A stretch of DNA of 62,810 nt, filler included, from Rhabdomonas costata (Eukaryota): assembly GCA_019059605.1 (NCBI GenBank). It is 34 parts of 34 records of this genome, joined end to end, with 100 filler letters (N's around TTAATTAATTAA, not from the genome) between each part and the next. Parts side by side here need not be neighbours in the genome. Positions count along the whole stretch, not along the records: positions 61,061 to 62,810 come from JAHMHO010009621.1; 33 more parts are not named here. One strand, written 5' to 3'. The notes under the pieces were generated by a model. The model saw only the letters and a program-made list of their open reading frames with translations. It was not told the DNA's origin and did no database searches. The position numbers and the translations under genes are program-made. This document shows positions 61,061 to 62,810 of the stretch, one piece after another; positions within the stretch are counted from its first letter, which is position 1, and the number at the start of each line of letters is the position of its first letter.

Positions 61061-62810
61061 GTTGGTTGGTAGTGTAGGTGTAGCAGTAGGTGTAGCAGTA
61101 GGTGTAGCAGTAGGTGTTGTTGTTGGGCTAATCGGGTGTTGTGGGCTAATGCTGTGCTTGTGTCTGGGTTCAGGGCTAATCATGTGCTTGTGTCTGGGTT
61201 CAGGGCTAATCATGTGCTGGTGTCAGGGTTCTGGGCTAATCACGTGCTGGGCTAATCTGTTGTTGTTGTCCTTGTCCTTATGCTTAGTGTTACGCGTTAC
61301 GTTACTGTTAGTGTTCCTGTTTCTGTGCGTAGGGTTTGTGGTAGTGTGGTTGTTGGTGCTTAGCGTGTTGGTTGATGCGTTGATGGTTACGGTGTCAGGG
61401 GCTGTGGTGCGTTGGGTTGATGGCTTGTTGTGTTGAGGCGAAGGGTGTCATGGTCGTAGCGTTGGTTGTAGCGTTGGTGTCACTGTTAGGTCCGAGGGGT
61501 GTGGTGTGATGGCTTGAGGGTTTAGCGTGAGGGTCAGGAGATCAAGAACCCCAACATCTCAGTCCCCCTGTAGCCTCAGCCCTCCCTTGGCATCGACCGT
61601 AGGCAGATGATAAGGAGAGGGATGAGTGGTGAATGCTACGTACCACCTTAGGGTGGGGAGTAGCATGAACCACCACATCTAGGGAGCATCGAGCGTAGCG
61701 AGATGCGACCAGCAAAGAACCCCACTTTACTTGTCGGCCCTCACTTCAGTTCGTGCCTCCCCCTTCTCTTTTTACTCTTTTAACCCATACGTGTCCCCAA
61801 GTCGAGGAGCATCACGTATCGGGTCTATGCATTGGGTCTTGAAGGCATGAAGGCATGAGTCACGCAGTGGGTCATGCCGTAATAGAGAGTAGAAGGCATC
61901 ATCACCCCAAGGGCCACCGGCAGGTAGGTTTAGCCTTTACTCCCTTTTAGCCCGTAACCGTGAAGCGGTGGACCACGCATTTAGGAGCGAGGAACGCAGT
62001 GACGACCGACATCAAGAACATCTTTTATGCCTTAACCCCTCACTTGTCGGGTCTCTCAGTCCTTCGAGCCCCTCCCCTTCACTCTCTACACCTGTCTCTT
62101 CGTTCCACACCCCACCATAAGGTGGTACGTGTCACTCCGACCGGGCGTAGCCACAGGAAGAGAACTCAGGGTAAGGTTGAGGTTTAGGTCTCACTTTAGC
62201 ACGTAGGCATGGTCGGTACGGACATGCCGGAGTAGTGAAGGCACCTGCGGTAGTAAAGGCGTCAGCGAGCCATGCGGAGTAGGAGGCAAGAAACATCCCC
62301 TGGGTCTTTCTCTTACGTGGGCATCTTTCACCCCTCATAGTCATGCTGAGTTACTGCATTCTTCACTCATAGTCATGCTGATACGTTAACCCTCACACCC
62401 TACCTCACGAACCCCTCGAAGCATGAAACCCACACAGAATGCCTAAACCCACAACCTTAGCCCTCAACACGTAAACCCTCTGACACCAACTACCCTACAG
62501 CCATGAACCCACGAAGCAAGAACACAACAAGCGCTAACCCTACGACCCAACGACCCAAGAACACGAAGCCTGAAACCCACGTAGCATGAAACCCTCGTAG
62601 CCTGACACCCTGAAACCTGAGACCGTAGCACCATGACATCCTGAGACCTTACGCACTGACCCTCACCCTCCAACACAAACACTCCCTGAGAGCCTCAAAC
62701 CCACACACCCTTCGCCGAAACACAACAAACCCTCATCCTACGCACAACAACAACAGGAACACTAACGGTAACGCTAAGCACTAACAGGAACACATACAGG
62801 TACAGAGAGC
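61061..62810. repeat. Fold-back-like element: GT-rich left arm, CA-rich right arm, 12-bp and 30-bp tandem repeats
   Basis: gtaggtgtagca x3.5 (61074-61117); 30-bp unit x4 (61143-61255); 61301-61321 matches the reverse complement of 62752-62772 at 20/21. Confidence 0.7.

Overview
This is not a contiguous locus. It is 34 unrelated contigs of about 1.75 kb joined by 33 artificial 100-nt spacers (N-run, TTAATTAATTAA, N-run), so neighbourhood across spacers means nothing. Most contigs start with G/T-only and end with A/C-only bases, the footprint of whole-genome amplification with non-self-complementary primers. The DNA comes from an intron-rich microbial eukaryote; a euglenozoan (euglenid-like) origin is an inference from the receptor-type adenylate cyclases and short exons. 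Spliced gene fragments recognised by eye: CCT2, RAB14, GUF1/LepA, DCAF1, RAPTOR-like, TAF10-like, ECM29-like, an active and a degenerate class III cyclase, LITAF, LamG, HSP20, SDR, ankyrin and MIB/HERC2 proteins, and a signal-peptide p23/CS protein. Mobile or repeat DNA includes a Ty3/gypsy relic, a dUTPase pseudogene, three MITE-like inverted repeats and a ~900-bp tandem repeat. Two observations stand out. (1) A five-exon, GT-AG-spliced cobyrinate a,c-diamide synthase (cbiA/cobB family), an enzyme of the nominally prokaryote-only vitamin B12 pathway, built as a eukaryotic gene. (2) Four non-genic contigs share a covarying GA-X-C-GNA-G-X'-GA mini-hairpin; two of them also carry the same decayed reading frame, which weakly resembles a Polinton-type minor capsid protein. 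All protein identifications rest on motif recall, not database searches.
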